Below are positions 18,110-28,588 of a DNA stretch of 64,000 nt, in pieces (the first letter of the stretch is position 1; the number at the start of each line of letters is the position of its first letter). The notes below the pieces were generated by a model. The model was given only the letters and a program-made list of their open reading frames with translations. It was not told the DNA's origin and did no database searches. The stretch is from Desulfobacterales bacterium (lineage in GTDB: Bacteria; Desulfobacterota; Desulfobacteria; Desulfobacterales; UBA5852), in the NCBI GenBank assembly GCA_963674755.2, contig CAXXVS010000001.1:416001-480000 (forward strand), in the 5' to 3' direction. The translations under genes were made by a program, and so were the position numbers.

Positions 18110-18718
18110 GTGGCCAAATTTCACCTAAGACAAGGTTTCCTTGCGGTGTTGGCCGTCGGGCTGATGGCCGCCGGTTGTCAGAAGAACATTGTTGTATTGC
18201 TGCCCAACCCGGACGGCACGGTGGGACATGTCACTGTGGCGAATGCCGCCGGATCAGTGGAGATGGATGCTGCCAATACAGCCACCACTATTCGAGACAG
18301 CGAGACGATCCCCAGTACGCCGGCGATGATGGAGCAAAAGGATATCGAGAATCTCTTTGGGGATGTGTTGGAAAGACAACCCCCGCAGCCGGTGCATTTC
18401 ATCCTTTATTTCGAAAAGAATTCCACCAGGCTGCGCCCGGCTTCTTTGACGACCCTGGATGATATTGTCGCTGCTATAAGGGAGCGCGGCTCAAAACATA
18501 TCAGTGTCGTCGGCCACAGTGATACCCTCGGTGACAAGCCCTATAACCTGGATTTATCCCGACGCCGTGCCGTAGCCGTAAAAAAGCTGCTGGTAGGAAA
18601 AGACGTTCAGGCCGAATCAATTCAAACAACTTCGCATGGCGAGGAAAATCCCCTTGTAAAAACGGCTGATAATGTGGGGAATGCCCAAAACCGCCGTGTC
18701 GAAGTAGTTGTTCGCTGA
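18110..18718 (+). CDS. OmpA-family lipoprotein
   Basis: Lipobox AAGC; GHSD..G...YNLDLSRRRA, NRRVEV. Confidence 0.9.
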   Translation: MAKFHLRQGFLAVLAVGLMAAGCQKNIVVLLPNPDGTVGHVTVANAAGSVEMDAANTATTIRDSETIPSTPAMMEQKDIENLFGDVLERQPPQPVHFILYFEKNSTRLRPASLTTLDDIVAAIRERGSKHISVVGHSDTLGDKPYNLDLSRRRAVAVKKLLVGKDVQAESIQTTSHGEENPLVKTADNVGNAQNRRVEVVVR

Positions 18719-18811
18719 CCCCCCAATTTTCACTTAGGAGGGGGCCCTATAAACCTAATGGCCAAAAGCCCTTAGAACACGGTAGAGCGGCACTGGCACC
18801 CTTAGACGTTT

Positions 18812-21733
18812 ATGGATACTTCTCCTTCTCGTTTAAACCCTTCTTTCCGATTGGCGATGTGCTTTGCGGCTGCTCTGGCAGCAGTTTGTGCTCTGGTATA
18901 TCTCCTCGCTCCGCCCTTCATGGTTTTGCTTAACAACAAACTAATGGATGCGATTGTGGCCTGCCGCCCGACCGCTGCCAGCGCAGCGCGAGTCGTTATC
19001 GTCGATATCGATGAGATGACCTTGGACCATTATGGCCAATGGCCCTGGCCGCGGTATCGACTGGCGCGCCTATTGGATACGATCGCCAAGCGAGGTGCGG
19101 CTGCCATAGCGCTGGATATTGTGATGGCCGAACCGGATCGTACGTCGCTTAAAGCGCTTCAACAAGCGATCCAAGAGGAATACGGCCATCAGCTGGACAC
19201 CCATTCGTTGCCCCCGACAGCGCTGGACAATGACGCCGTTATGGCTGAAGCGCTTTCCCGCGGCCCTTTTGTATTGGGCTATGTCTTTCTTTTCGACACA
19301 CAACCCAAGGCGCAAGAAGCCTGCCAATTGCATCCCGTCAATCTCCTGCAGATGACCAGACAAGGAGCGAAGCTTGACGGTCAAGACTTCCACCAGGCAA
19401 CGGACGTTGTCTGTAATCTGGAGCGCTTTTCCAAGGCTGTTTCCTATTCGGGATTTTTAAATGGCCTTCCTGATGCGGATGGGATTCTGAGGCGTTGTCC
19501 CCTGATTCTTCGCTATGGTCGGGATTGCTACCCCAGCCTGGCACTGGCCGCCCTGCTGCAGGCGAATCATCAGACGCAACTTTCTTTTCGCCAAACCCCC
19601 GATGGCAGCTTTCAGCTAAACTATGAAAAAAAAAGAATCCCGGTTGACCGGCATGGTTATCTCCACATTTGCTTCCCCTCCGGAGAAGAGACGGTACCGC
19701 ACATATCCGCCTGGGATCTTCTTAGGGACACCCCCTCGGGAGCCGATTTCAGAGACGCCCTCGTCTTTGTAGGCCTCTCCGCATCCGGTCTCAGCACAGT
19801 TTACGTGACGCCTTCCGGCAAACGATTGGCGGATGTCGAAATTCATGCCTATCTTGCCGAGTCCATATTGTCTAACCGGTTTATTTATCGCGACAACACC
19901 GTGTTATATTTTGAGGTGCTGCTTTCAATACTCCTGGCACTGATGTACAGCTATTGCATTGTTCGGTTTGATATGGCGCCTGTCGTCTTGATCGGGGGCG
20001 TGAGTGCCTTCGGTCTTTGGCAGGGATCGAATCTGCTGTTCAAGAACGAAGGAATCCTCGTTTCCCCCCTTCTCCCGATAATAACGATTATCGCCTGTGG
20101 TCTTTTTCTTTCCCTTTATAAATACTGGTCGCGTCAACATCAGGCTTACCAGAGTGTTAAAGAAGCCGTGGTTTTAATGAAGGGAAGCGAACGGCGTTTA
20201 AACTCGATCATCCAGACAATTCCGGATATTATCTTCCGGCTGGATACCTCGGGCCGGATTTCGTTTATCAGCCCTGCTATGGCAAAATACGTTCAAGACC
20301 CTGATCAACTGGTCGGGAAACATATCCTTGAAATCGTGGCGCCTGACGACAGGGAAATGGCCCGCTATCACATCAATGAAAGACGAACCGGCAAGCGGGC
20401 TACCGCAGATATGGAAATGCGTTTGTTGCTGTCCCCTGCGACAGAAGATTCAACAAATGAAGCCCGGTATTTCAGCGTATCCGCCGAGGGAATCTACAGT
20501 AAAGAAGTCCCGGATAAATCTTCGTTTCAAGGCACCCAGGGGGTCGCCCGGGACATCAATCGTCGCAAACAGCTTGAAAATCAACTCGAGCAATCCCGGA
20601 AAATGGAAGCCATCGGGAATCTGGCCGCCGGCGTGGCCCACGACCTGAACAATATTTTGAGCGGGCTGGTGAGCTATCCGGAATTGTTGTTGCTGGAATT
20701 GCCCGAAGACAGCCCCATGTGCAAAAAAATTCAAACCATTCAGCGCTCCGGTCAGCGTGCGGCAGCTATCGTTCAGGATATGCTGACGATTGCGCGGCGG
20801 GGCGTACGCAATTCGGAAGTCATCAATCTGAACGAGATCGTCATCGACTATCTTGGATCCCCTGAAGGCCGGAACGCAATCGATGCGCGGCCGGATATCA
20901 ACCTGGACCAGAACTTGGGCAGCGATATCCTGAATATAAAAGGGTCCCGCGTCCATATCCTCAAAGTGATAATGAATCTCATTAATAACGCTGCGGAAGC
21001 GATGCCTTCCGGAGGACGGGTCGAAATCGCAACCGGCAATCTCTATCTAGATGCTGTTTATGATGCGTATGAGCAAATACCCGAGGGCGAATATGTGCGG
21101 TTACGTATCGATGACGAGGGGGTAGGGATTCCTAATGAGGATGTGCACCGTGTTTTCGAACCCTTTTTTACCAAAAAAAGGATGGGGCAGAGCGGCTCAG
21201 GACTCGGCATGACCGTGGTTTGGACAACCGTCAAGGATCATGGCGGGTTTGTGGACATTCACAGCCAGGAAGGTATCGGAACGCGTTTCGATATATATTT
21301 CCCGGCCACAAGGGAGCTTCCGCAGACAAAGCCGCGCCATGCCGCCCTCGAAGACTACATTGGCAACGAACGCATTCTCGTCGTGGATGATGTCCTGGAA
21401 CAAAGACAGCTTGCCGTTCAGATGCTGGGCAAATTGGGATACGCTGTCACGTCCTTGTCCAGCGGTGAGCAGGCGGTGGCCTACCTGCAAACGCATACGG
21501 TGGATCTTCTCGTTTTGGACATGGTCATGCCGCCTGGCATTGACGGCCTGGAGACCTACCAGAGAATTTGTGAGATCAACCCCCAGCAGAAAGCCATCAT
21601 CGCCAGCGGCTATTCGGAATCTGATCGTGTGAAAGCCCTGCAGGCTTTGGGCGCCGGTGCGTATATCAGAAAACCCTACACCCTGGAAAAAATTGGTATG
21701 GCCGTCCGTCAGGAGTTGGACCGAACGAGGTAG
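18812..21733 (+). CDS. Hybrid sensor kinase CHASE2-PAS-HisKA-HATPase-REC
   Basis: VDIDE..GQWPWPR, AHDLNN, FEPFFT, GSGLG, LDMVMP. Confidence 0.92.
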   Translation: MDTSPSRLNPSFRLAMCFAAALAAVCALVYLLAPPFMVLLNNKLMDAIVACRPTAASAARVVIVDIDEMTLDHYGQWPWPRYRLARLLDTIAKRGAAAIALDIVMAEPDRTSLKALQQAIQEEYGHQLDTHSLPPTALDNDAVMAEALSRGPFVLGYVFLFDTQPKAQEACQLHPVNLLQMTRQGAKLDGQDFHQATDVVCNLERFSKAVSYSGFLNGLPDADGILRRCPLILRYGRDCYPSLALAALLQANHQTQLSFRQTPDGSFQLNYEKKRIPVDRHGYLHICFPSGEETVPHISAWDLLRDTPSGADFRDALVFVGLSASGLSTVYVTPSGKRLADVEIHAYLAESILSNRFIYRDNTVLYFEVLLSILLALMYSYCIVRFDMAPVVLIGGVSAFGLWQGSNLLFKNEGILVSPLLPIITIIACGLFLSLYKYWSRQHQAYQSVKEAVVLMKGSERRLNSIIQTIPDIIFRLDTSGRISFISPAMAKYVQDPDQLVGKHILEIVAPDDREMARYHINERRTGKRATADMEMRLLLSPATEDSTNEARYFSVSAEGIYSKEVPDKSSFQGTQGVARDINRRKQLENQLEQSRKMEAIGNLAAGVAHDLNNILSGLVSYPELLLLELPEDSPMCKKIQTIQRSGQRAAAIVQDMLTIARRGVRNSEVINLNEIVIDYLGSPEGRNAIDARPDINLDQNLGSDILNIKGSRVHILKVIMNLINNAAEAMPSGGRVEIATGNLYLDAVYDAYEQIPEGEYVRLRIDDEGVGIPNEDVHRVFEPFFTKKRMGQSGSGLGMTVVWTTVKDHGGFVDIHSQEGIGTRFDIYFPATRELPQTKPRHAALEDYIGNERILVVDDVLEQRQLAVQMLGKLGYAVTSLSSGEQAVAYLQTHTVDLLVLDMVMPPGIDGLETYQRICEINPQQKAIIASGYSESDRVKALQALGAGAYIRKPYTLEKIGMAVRQELDRTR

Positions 21734-22399
21734 GGAAACTCCTTTTTTTTAGCGATCGTGACATCCGACCGCTGAAACTTGCCCTTGAACATGTTCTGCA
21801 TAAAGCAGAACTTATGACAGGATCTCGGCTATGTTCGAGAGGTTTCAGGTGGCGGCGACGGTTCGCTTTGCGCTCCGGTCGGCAGGTCCCTTGCGGCGGA
21901 GGGGTTCAATTCAGAGCCCCGGCGTGTTGAATAGCAGATGATGGTCGGAGGCGGTTCCCGCATGCTGTTATGAAACTTGGGAAACGGGGACGACATCCAC
22001 GGTTGTGCCTGAAGCCTTAAATTAATTTATTGGGGCGCGATTGAAGTGTTAAGTGACTTTGCAAGTCCGGGCAGGGCTATTTCTCCAAAGAAGCGCTGAC
22101 GTCTTCTGCCCATCGGGAAATTCTGTTCCTTATCGAATAGTTAAGCCCTTAGAGAGGTGTTTTTCTTATCCATGAAAGCCGCTGCCTTCCTGTATGCAAT
22201 TGTGCATCTGAAAATGAAAAAATAGATAACATCTTCCCCTTAAACCCTGCGCGTGTTTCATGCCCTTGCGGTACGGAATACTTCTTGACTTCAATAGACA
22301 AACACCCTATATCCTGCGCGTCCTTGACAAACATCGTGAGTATTACCACCTTGCAGTCTGGATTAATTTTACATTTTATCGTGAAGAGGAGAAGAACAA

Positions 22400-22669
22400 A
22401 TGAATAAGGCTGATCTGGTCAATGCGGTAGCCGAAGTCGTTTCTACTAAAAAGGAAGCTCAGGAAGCGGTGGATTGTGTTTTCGAAACCATCAAGAAGGC
22501 GCTCAAGAAGAAGGACACGGTCCAGATTGTCGGCTTTGGCAGCTTCAAGGTCAACGATCGCGCTGCCCGCAAAGGCCGCAATCCGCAAACAGGTGCCGAA
22601 ATCAAGATTGCGGCGCGGAAGGTGCCCAAGTTTGTTCCCGGTAAAGGTTTGAAGGATGCCGTGAACTAG
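22400..22669 (+). CDS. hup: DNA-binding protein HU
   Basis: [28 protein letters not shown]. Confidence 0.95.
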   Translation: MNKADLVNAVAEVVSTKKEAQEAVDCVFETIKKALKKKDTVQIVGFGSFKVNDRAARKGRNPQTGAEIKIAARKVPKFVPGKGLKDAVN

Positions 22670-22944
22670 ATGGATTGGGTCCTGCCATTGCTGTTATCCC
22701 AATTCTGATATCGATCGCTGTCTTTGGTTCTGCAGCGATCGATACCTTCCTGAAGTGCCCCTGCCCCCCCTTTTCAGATCCTGCCGCTTACGTCCGGTTT
22801 TGGCCCAAGCCCTTCCTCCGGGCTTGGGGAAAACCTTCCTTAATGCGATGCTAATGTGGTATAGGATGCCGTCAATAGGATCTTGCATATCAGGATACGT
22901 TATCCTGCGCGAAGAGAGATTGCCTAAGCATTAGGAGGACCGTC

Positions 22945-23328
22945 ATGCCCCCCAAACAGATGCCTGACGCCATTGCCCGCCGGGAGCGCCTGGTTGCCGA
23001 AACCCGCCGTAGCCGAGAATTGCGTGAGAAGACTTACCGTGAGCAGGCGCTTAAACTGTTTCCCTGGGTCTGCGCCCGTTGCGGCCGGGAATTCAGCGGC
23101 CAAAAGCTGCGCGAGTTGACAGTTCACCACAAAGATCATAACCATGACAACAACCCGCCCGACGGGAGTAATTGGGAGCTGCTGTGCATTTACTGCCATG
23201 ACAACGAACATGCCCGCTACAAAACCGCCGAGGCCTATGATGACGCCCAACCGGGAGAATCCCGGGAGATGTCTTCCGGGTTTCGACCCTTTGCGGGCCT
23301 GGATGCCCTGCTGAAGAAGAAACCGTAA
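22945..23328 (+). CDS. yajD: YajD-family HNH nuclease
   Basis: YREQALKLFPWVCARCGREF..LTVHHKDHNHDNNPPDGSNWELLCIYCHDNEH. Confidence 0.9.
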   Translation: MPPKQMPDAIARRERLVAETRRSRELREKTYREQALKLFPWVCARCGREFSGQKLRELTVHHKDHNHDNNPPDGSNWELLCIYCHDNEHARYKTAEAYDDAQPGESREMSSGFRPFAGLDALLKKKP

Positions 23329-23331
23329 GCC

Positions 23332-23598
23332 GTGGAGGAGCTTCGCCAGGCCATACGATCCCTGATCCGCCGGATGGAGCTGGCGCCCACCCCTGCCGGC
23401 AGCGTTGAGGCGCTGACCCTCGACCGGCTGCACGGGCTGTATGCCGCTGCCGAACGGGCGCAACAGGCCGGCGAGCTTGGGCTCCTCTTTGGGGAGCTGC
23501 GGCAGTTCTGGCTGGATTCGATCGGCTGGTGCTCGCAGCTCTCCAAGGATATCGAAAGACTGGTCATACTGCACGATGAACTGAGCGCCGACGGTTGA
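23332..23598 (+). CDS. Hypothetical protein
   Basis: 3 nt after yajD stop; WLDSIGWCSQLSK. Confidence 0.65.
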   Translation: MEELRQAIRSLIRRMELAPTPAGSVEALTLDRLHGLYAAAERAQQAGELGLLFGELRQFWLDSIGWCSQLSKDIERLVILHDELSADG

Positions 23599-23622
23599 TC
23601 AAATGATTCGGAGCGCTTTGGA

Positions 23623-24336
23623 GTGGAAGGCGTGAAGCGGTCTCTTAAGGTCTGTCTCTATCGCCATGTGATCCCCTTTGGGGGGGGGATGCTCGTGAAG
23701 GCCCTGGCGGCCACCTACCGGATTCGCATTATTGGCATAGAGAACGAACAACGGGCGCTCAAAAACCACCGAAACCTCATTTACGCCAGCTGGCATCAGC
23801 GGTTTTTCCCCGGCATTGCCCTCTTTTGCGATCGCAACCCCATCGCCATCATGATCAGCCAGAGCCGGGACGGCGAGCTGATCGCGCGGGTCGTCGCAAA
23901 GTTCGGGTGGGAGCCCGTGCGGGGGTCGTCCACCCGGGGTGGTGTGGCCGCCTTGCGCAGGCTCAGATCCCTGGCATCCAAAGGGTATAACTTTGCGCAT
24001 ATCGTCGATGGCCCCAAGGGACCTTTCGGGGCGGTGAAGCCGGGCCTGCTGCACCTCGCGCGCATGGTGGACAAACCCATCGTTCCGGTGATCACTTCCG
24101 CCGAAAATCGATGGGTTTTCAACAGCTGGGATCGCTTTATGGTGCCCAAACCCTTTTCCAGGATTCTGGTCCGGTTTGGCGACCCTGTCCATGTTCCGCC
24201 GAAAATCGATTCGGCCAGCTTTGAACAGAAGCGGCGGCAGTTGGAAGAGCGTCTCAAGGCGCTCTACCAGGAGACGGACCGGATATGGGACGATCCCGAA
24301 CGGCTGGCCGCCGTTTTTACAAGGCAGGCCGACTGA
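23623..24336 (+). CDS. DUF374 lysophospholipid acyltransferase family protein
   Basis: WHQR, ISQSRDGELIA, VRGSSTRGG, DGPKGP, NSWDRFMVPKPFS. Confidence 0.88.
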   Translation: MEGVKRSLKVCLYRHVIPFGGGMLVKALAATYRIRIIGIENEQRALKNHRNLIYASWHQRFFPGIALFCDRNPIAIMISQSRDGELIARVVAKFGWEPVRGSSTRGGVAALRRLRSLASKGYNFAHIVDGPKGPFGAVKPGLLHLARMVDKPIVPVITSAENRWVFNSWDRFMVPKPFSRILVRFGDPVHVPPKIDSASFEQKRRQLEERLKALYQETDRIWDDPERLAAVFTRQAD

Positions 24337-24499
24337 TCGCTGGAGCGGCTGATCGATAGCGCAGCAGCCGTGAGCGCCGATGCTGCATCATTCATTCTGC
24401 CGTATAGGCCTTGCCTGCGACCATCGTTTATCCTTTTCGAAAATTCATTTTTTCGTTACAGTCAAAAACCAATCGCATTTCATTTTTCCGGGAGCAGGT

Positions 24500-24790
24500 A
24501 TGGGGTCGATGATGCAATTTCCTGACTTTTCCAACAAGATTATCCTCGTTTATCTCATGGGGCGTTCGCCGGACGATGGCGTCCTGCTGGAGCACGCAGT
24601 GTTTGAGATCCAGGGGGGGCGACCCTTTATCATCGGCGAATTCGCCGAAGGCGCTTCGGCCAACGACTGGGTGGCCGGGGTCTGTACGGCGATTGCCTGG
24701 GATACAGTGCAACAGTATTTTGTGTTTGACTCCATGGAAGACTACATGGCCCGCGCTTCCCAGGCTTATCATGCCGAACAGTTCCACTGA
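24500..24790 (+). CDS. Hypothetical protein
   Basis: Protein-like ORF FPDFSNKIILVYL...AIAWDTVQQYFVFDS. Confidence 0.65.
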   Translation: MGSMMQFPDFSNKIILVYLMGRSPDDGVLLEHAVFEIQGGRPFIIGEFAEGASANDWVAGVCTAIAWDTVQQYFVFDSMEDYMARASQAYHAEQFH

Positions 24791-24934
24791 AGCCAGCCGC
24801 CGGTTTTATAGCTAAGGCCGTCAGCGTTTTCGGCTTGTTTGTTATGACCGCAAGTTAGGCCTTCACTTCGATCTGCCTCGACATCGCCTATTTTGCCCTC
24901 TGGAATGATACTACGCTGTTCGCTTGGGGCAAGT

Positions 24935-25255
24935 AACTCCCTTCTATCCATTGGCAACGACCAGTGGGAAACCGGTCGCCAGGTGGCTGAAAACGCCAGA
25001 CCCTTCATGAATGAACACAGCTTCGGGCACTTTATGCACGGCGAGCGCTATTTGAAATCCCCCGCGTGCGCATACGTTTCATCCGTTGGCTGCCCATCAC
25101 CGACATCCCTGCCTCCTGTGTGGTCTTAAAGCCCCTGGCCGACGTTAATGACACCGCTTGTCAGGTGGCGACTTTTTCCGCCGATCCGGATCAACTTTCG
25201 GCCCCGGTCATCCTGGCCAACTATGGGCGGGAAACCAACGAGGAGGTCAACTGGA
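24935..25255 (+). pseudogene. Frameshifted fragment of a DUF169-like gene
   Basis: HGERYLKSP in one frame; LPITDIP..VVLKPL..DPDQLSA.VILANYGR in another. Confidence 0.6.
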
Positions 25256-25356
25256 GGGATTTGTTTTTGGGAATGGTTGATGTGGGGGAGAATTTGGTGG
25301 AGGGAAAACCCCGATAATAGGCAGGTTGATAGGTCAACGATAGGGCAGTTATTGGG

Positions 25357-25397
25357 ACTAAACCAAAGTGGAGCAATTTGCCCCGCTTTGGTTTAGT
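25357..25397. terminator. Hairpin terminator after PEP-CTERM gene
   Basis: ACTAAACCAAAG...CTTTGGTTTAGT inverted repeat. Confidence 0.65.
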
Positions 25398-25414
25398 GCC
25401 TCAAGGGGGAGTAT

Positions 25415-25990
25415 TTAGGACTTGATCTTCTTGCGACCGATACCGGCCAGGCCAACAAGGCCCAATCCCATTAGCACAATTGTGCCTGGCTCTGGGACGG
25501 GAGCGGCACCGCCATAAAGAGTCACGTGTGATATGGCCCCCGTGTTTGGCCAGAAACCTGACAGCGATAGGGTTTCCATTCCATCCCAGTTTAAACCGCT
25601 TTCCGTCAGGTCAAAAAGATACCACCATGGATTCGTATTCCCGTCTTTTACTAGTAGGTATGCGTTAGTAATAATTGCCCCACCAGTATATTCGATTGTC
25701 GCTCCACTAGGATCAGTGGCGGTGTTGTTGAAGGTGGTGTTATAGCTACCTGCCAAAAATCCTGACTCTATATTTGGAGAAAAATCCTCTTTGTAGAGCT
25801 CAACAAGATCAGGTTCAAAACGTGCGTCAAGCGCTGCAGCAATAGCTGATTGACTATTCTCAACGTAGGGCGTGAAAGAAGTCCCATTTAAAAGTGCATC
25901 ATTAGGCACTATGTCAAGAGCGTACGCTTGGCCTACAGTTAGCAATAAAGCGCATAAAAAAGTTAAAAAACAATTTTTTTTCATAAGCAT
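25415..25990 (-). CDS. PEP-CTERM sorting domain protein
   Basis: Signal peptide; C-terminal VPEPGTIVLMGLGLVGLAGIGRKK. Confidence 0.95.
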   Translation of the reverse strand: MLMKKNCFLTFLCALLLTVGQAYALDIVPNDALLNGTSFTPYVENSQSAIAAALDARFEPDLVELYKEDFSPNIESGFLAGSYNTTFNNTATDPSGATIEYTGGAIITNAYLLVKDGNTNPWWYLFDLTESGLNWDGMETLSLSGFWPNTGAISHVTLYGGAAPVPEPGTIVLMGLGLVGLAGIGRKKIKS

Positions 25991-26032
25991 TCCTTCCTAT
26001 TGTCTAAAAGTCTTTGAATTTCGCCTTTTCCG

Positions 26033-26128
26033 AAAAAAAGTCGGGTGACTTGTTTGAGCAACCCGGCTGTCTGACATGAGATCCGTGGCTTTCCGTCCCT
26101 GTTTCACAACAGGTTTGGCTTTTTCAAG
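26033..26128 (-). promoter_or_regulatory. Cyclic di-GMP-I (GEMM) riboswitch with overlapping terminator
   Basis: AAGCCAAACCTGTTGTGAAACAGGGACGGAAAGCCACGGATCT...AGACAGCCGGGTTGC followed by CACCCGAC-T7. Confidence 0.9.
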
Positions 26129-26141
26129 TAAGCAGGTATTA

Positions 26142-26158
26142 AGCAAGATATGGGCCAA
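26142..26158 (-). promoter_or_regulatory. Sigma54 -24/-12 promoter
   Basis: TTGGCCCATATCTTGCT (GG-N10-GC) just upstream of the riboswitch. Confidence 0.75.
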
Positions 26159-26474
26159 TAATTCGATGCCCGATTTGTCGAATGATGTTAAGAAGTCGAT
26201 GAACCCTATTCAAAATTGTAGGAAAAATAATTCTCAATCCTAACGATAAAATGGGAAGTGGTTTGCCGTATTGGGTTCTTAACTTACCAAAATACCAGGC
26301 ATAAAAAACCACCCGAGCACCGTGGCTTATGCTATCGTTCTCTGAATCCGGCAGTTGAAATCGGCGATGCCCTGGCGTATTGTTGCAGACACTCATAGGA
26401 TCAGAAAAACATGGTAAACGCGGTCTCCGCGCAATCGGGAGAAGGTCGACAGACCGCCGATCGAATGAGGGAAT

Positions 26475-26963
26475 ATGCCATCCCATCGGGTGGAAAACAT
26501 GCCGGAAATCGAGCGCCTTTTTGAAGCGGCGCCTTTTATCCGCGACCTGGGCATGGAATTGGCGGCCATTGCGCCGGGGCGTTGCGAGACAGCGCTTGCG
26601 CTGACCGAGCGCCACCTGCAACAGGATGGTGTGGTGCATGCCGGAGTGCTGGCCACCATGGCTGACCACACCTCGGGCACGGCCGGCGCCTCGATCATCG
26701 GGGCGGATGAATACGTGCTAACGGCGGAGTTCAAGATCAATCTGCTGCGGGCGGCGCGGGGTGAGCGTCTGCATTGCATCGGCACCGTTTTAAAGCCGGG
26801 GCGCCGTCTGATCATCGCCGAATCGGAAGTGTTCGACGGTGATCCCCGGCAGGGCCAGGGCCGCCTGGTGGCCAAGGCCATCGTTACCCTGGCGGTGATG
26901 ACCAAACCGGCGAAGGCGCAACCCGGTCGGGAGACCGCCCCCGCATCCACCAAAAAGGAATAG
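26475..26963 (+). CDS. PaaI-family thioesterase
   Basis: HLQQDGVVHAGVLATMAD, LTAEFKINLLR. Confidence 0.9.
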   Translation: MPSHRVENMPEIERLFEAAPFIRDLGMELAAIAPGRCETALALTERHLQQDGVVHAGVLATMADHTSGTAGASIIGADEYVLTAEFKINLLRAARGERLHCIGTVLKPGRRLIIAESEVFDGDPRQGQGRLVAKAIVTLAVMTKPAKAQPGRETAPASTKKE

Positions 26964-26966
26964 TCG

Positions 26967-28529
26967 ATGAATCGCCAAGACATGCTGGACCGTATTGAGT
27001 CCGAGCGGCTGCATTGGGATATGGTTGTGATCGGGGGCGGCGCCACCGGTCTGGGGGTCGCCATCGATGCGGCTTCGCGGGGCTACAGCACCCTGTTGCT
27101 GGAGCAGCGCGATTTTGCCCAGGGGACCTCCAGCCGCAGCACCAAGCTGGTCCATGGCGGGGTGCGCTACCTCCAGCAGGGCAATGTCTCCCTGGTGCTG
27201 GAAGCCCTCAAAGAGCGCGGCCTGCTGCGGCGCAACGCGCCGCATCTGGTGCACAACCTGGCTTTTGTGGTGCCCAACTACGACTGGTGGGAGGGGCCTT
27301 TTTACGGGGTTGGACTGCGCCTTTATGATCTTCTGGCCGGTAAACACGGTTTCGGCCCTTCCAAGAACATTTCGCTCGAAAAGACCCTCTACTATATTCC
27401 CACCATCGAAACCGAGGGCTTGCGGGGCGGGGTGATCTACTATGACGGCCAGTTCGACGATGCCCGCCTGGCCGTCAACATGGCCCAGACCGCCGTGGAT
27501 CAGGGGGCGGTCGTTGTGAACTACATGGCCGTAACGGGCCTCGTCAAATCCGGCGATTTCGTGCGGGGTGTCCGGGCGGTGGACGGCGAAAGCGGTCGGG
27601 AATATGAAATCAAGGCCCGGGCGGTGATCAACGCCACGGGGGTTTTCGCCGACCGGATTCGTCGCATGGATACGCCCGAGGCCCCGCCCATGATCGCCCC
27701 CAGCCAGGGCGTGCACATCGTGCTGGACCGCTCCTTCCTGCCGGGCAAGGGGGCTGTCATGGTGCCCCACACCCAGGATGGGCGCGTTCTTTTTGCAACC
27801 CCCTGGCATGACCGGGTGATTGTGGGCACGACCGACACCCCGGTCGCGGAAACGCCTCTCGAACCGATTCCCATGCAGGAAGAGCTGGATTTCCTGCTGA
27901 CACACGCGGCCCAGTACCTCACTAAAGACCCGGCGCCGGAGGATGTGCTCAGCATGTTCGCCGGGCTGCGGCCGCTGGTGAGTATGGGCAAGGAGGAAAA
28001 CACGGCAGCCATCAGCCGCGACCACACCATCCATATCTCCGGCGCGGGTCTGGTCACCATTACGGGAGGCAAATGGACCACCTACCGCAAAATGGCGGAA
28101 GATACCGTGGACCAGGCGGCTGTCCTGGCGCAGCTTGACGAGCGGCCCTGCACCACCAAGGATCTCAACATCCACGGCTACCACCGCAATGCCACGCAGT
28201 TCGGCGATTTGGCGGTCTACGGCGCGGACGCCCGGGCCATCAAGGGTCTCCAGCGCAGCGATCCGGCTTACAGTGAGAGACTGCATGCCCGGCTGACGCC
28301 CACCGCCGCCGAGGTGGTGTGGGCCGTGCGGCACGAGATGGCGCGCACAGTGGAAGACTTTCTTTCCCGGCGGACCCGTTCCCTGCTGCTGGATGCCCGG
28401 GCCAGTATCGAGATGGCACCGCGCGTGGCGGCCGTGATGGCCGTCGAGCTGGGATATGATGCGGACTGGCAGGCGGCGCAGGTGGCGGCTTATACGACCC
28501 TGGCCCGTCAATACCTGATGGTCCCCTGA
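26967..28529 (+). CDS. glpD: FAD glycerol-3-phosphate dehydrogenase
   Basis: IGGGATG, GTSSRSTKLVHGGVRYL, DGQFDDARL, GGKWTTYRKMAE. Confidence 0.95.
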   Translation: MNRQDMLDRIESERLHWDMVVIGGGATGLGVAIDAASRGYSTLLLEQRDFAQGTSSRSTKLVHGGVRYLQQGNVSLVLEALKERGLLRRNAPHLVHNLAFVVPNYDWWEGPFYGVGLRLYDLLAGKHGFGPSKNISLEKTLYYIPTIETEGLRGGVIYYDGQFDDARLAVNMAQTAVDQGAVVVNYMAVTGLVKSGDFVRGVRAVDGESGREYEIKARAVINATGVFADRIRRMDTPEAPPMIAPSQGVHIVLDRSFLPGKGAVMVPHTQDGRVLFATPWHDRVIVGTTDTPVAETPLEPIPMQEELDFLLTHAAQYLTKDPAPEDVLSMFAGLRPLVSMGKEENTAAISRDHTIHISGAGLVTITGGKWTTYRKMAEDTVDQAAVLAQLDERPCTTKDLNIHGYHRNATQFGDLAVYGADARAIKGLQRSDPAYSERLHARLTPTAAEVVWAVRHEMARTVEDFLSRRTRSLLLDARASIEMAPRVAAVMAVELGYDADWQAAQVAAYTTLARQYLMVP

Positions 28530-28588
28530 GGGGGCCATGGGAAAGGCGGTTCAGCGTCCCGGGATGACTGGCCCCCTTCAAGGGAGAA

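Noticed and set aside
26033..26128. 3',3'-cGAMP (GEMM-Ib) riboswitch call
   Set aside because: Discriminator position appears to be G, not A
26790..28538. 582-aa minus-strand ORF and similar long antisense ORFs (29810-31189, 43368-44540, 54091-55341)
   Set aside because: Antisense shadows of well-supported genes, expected from high-GC codon bias
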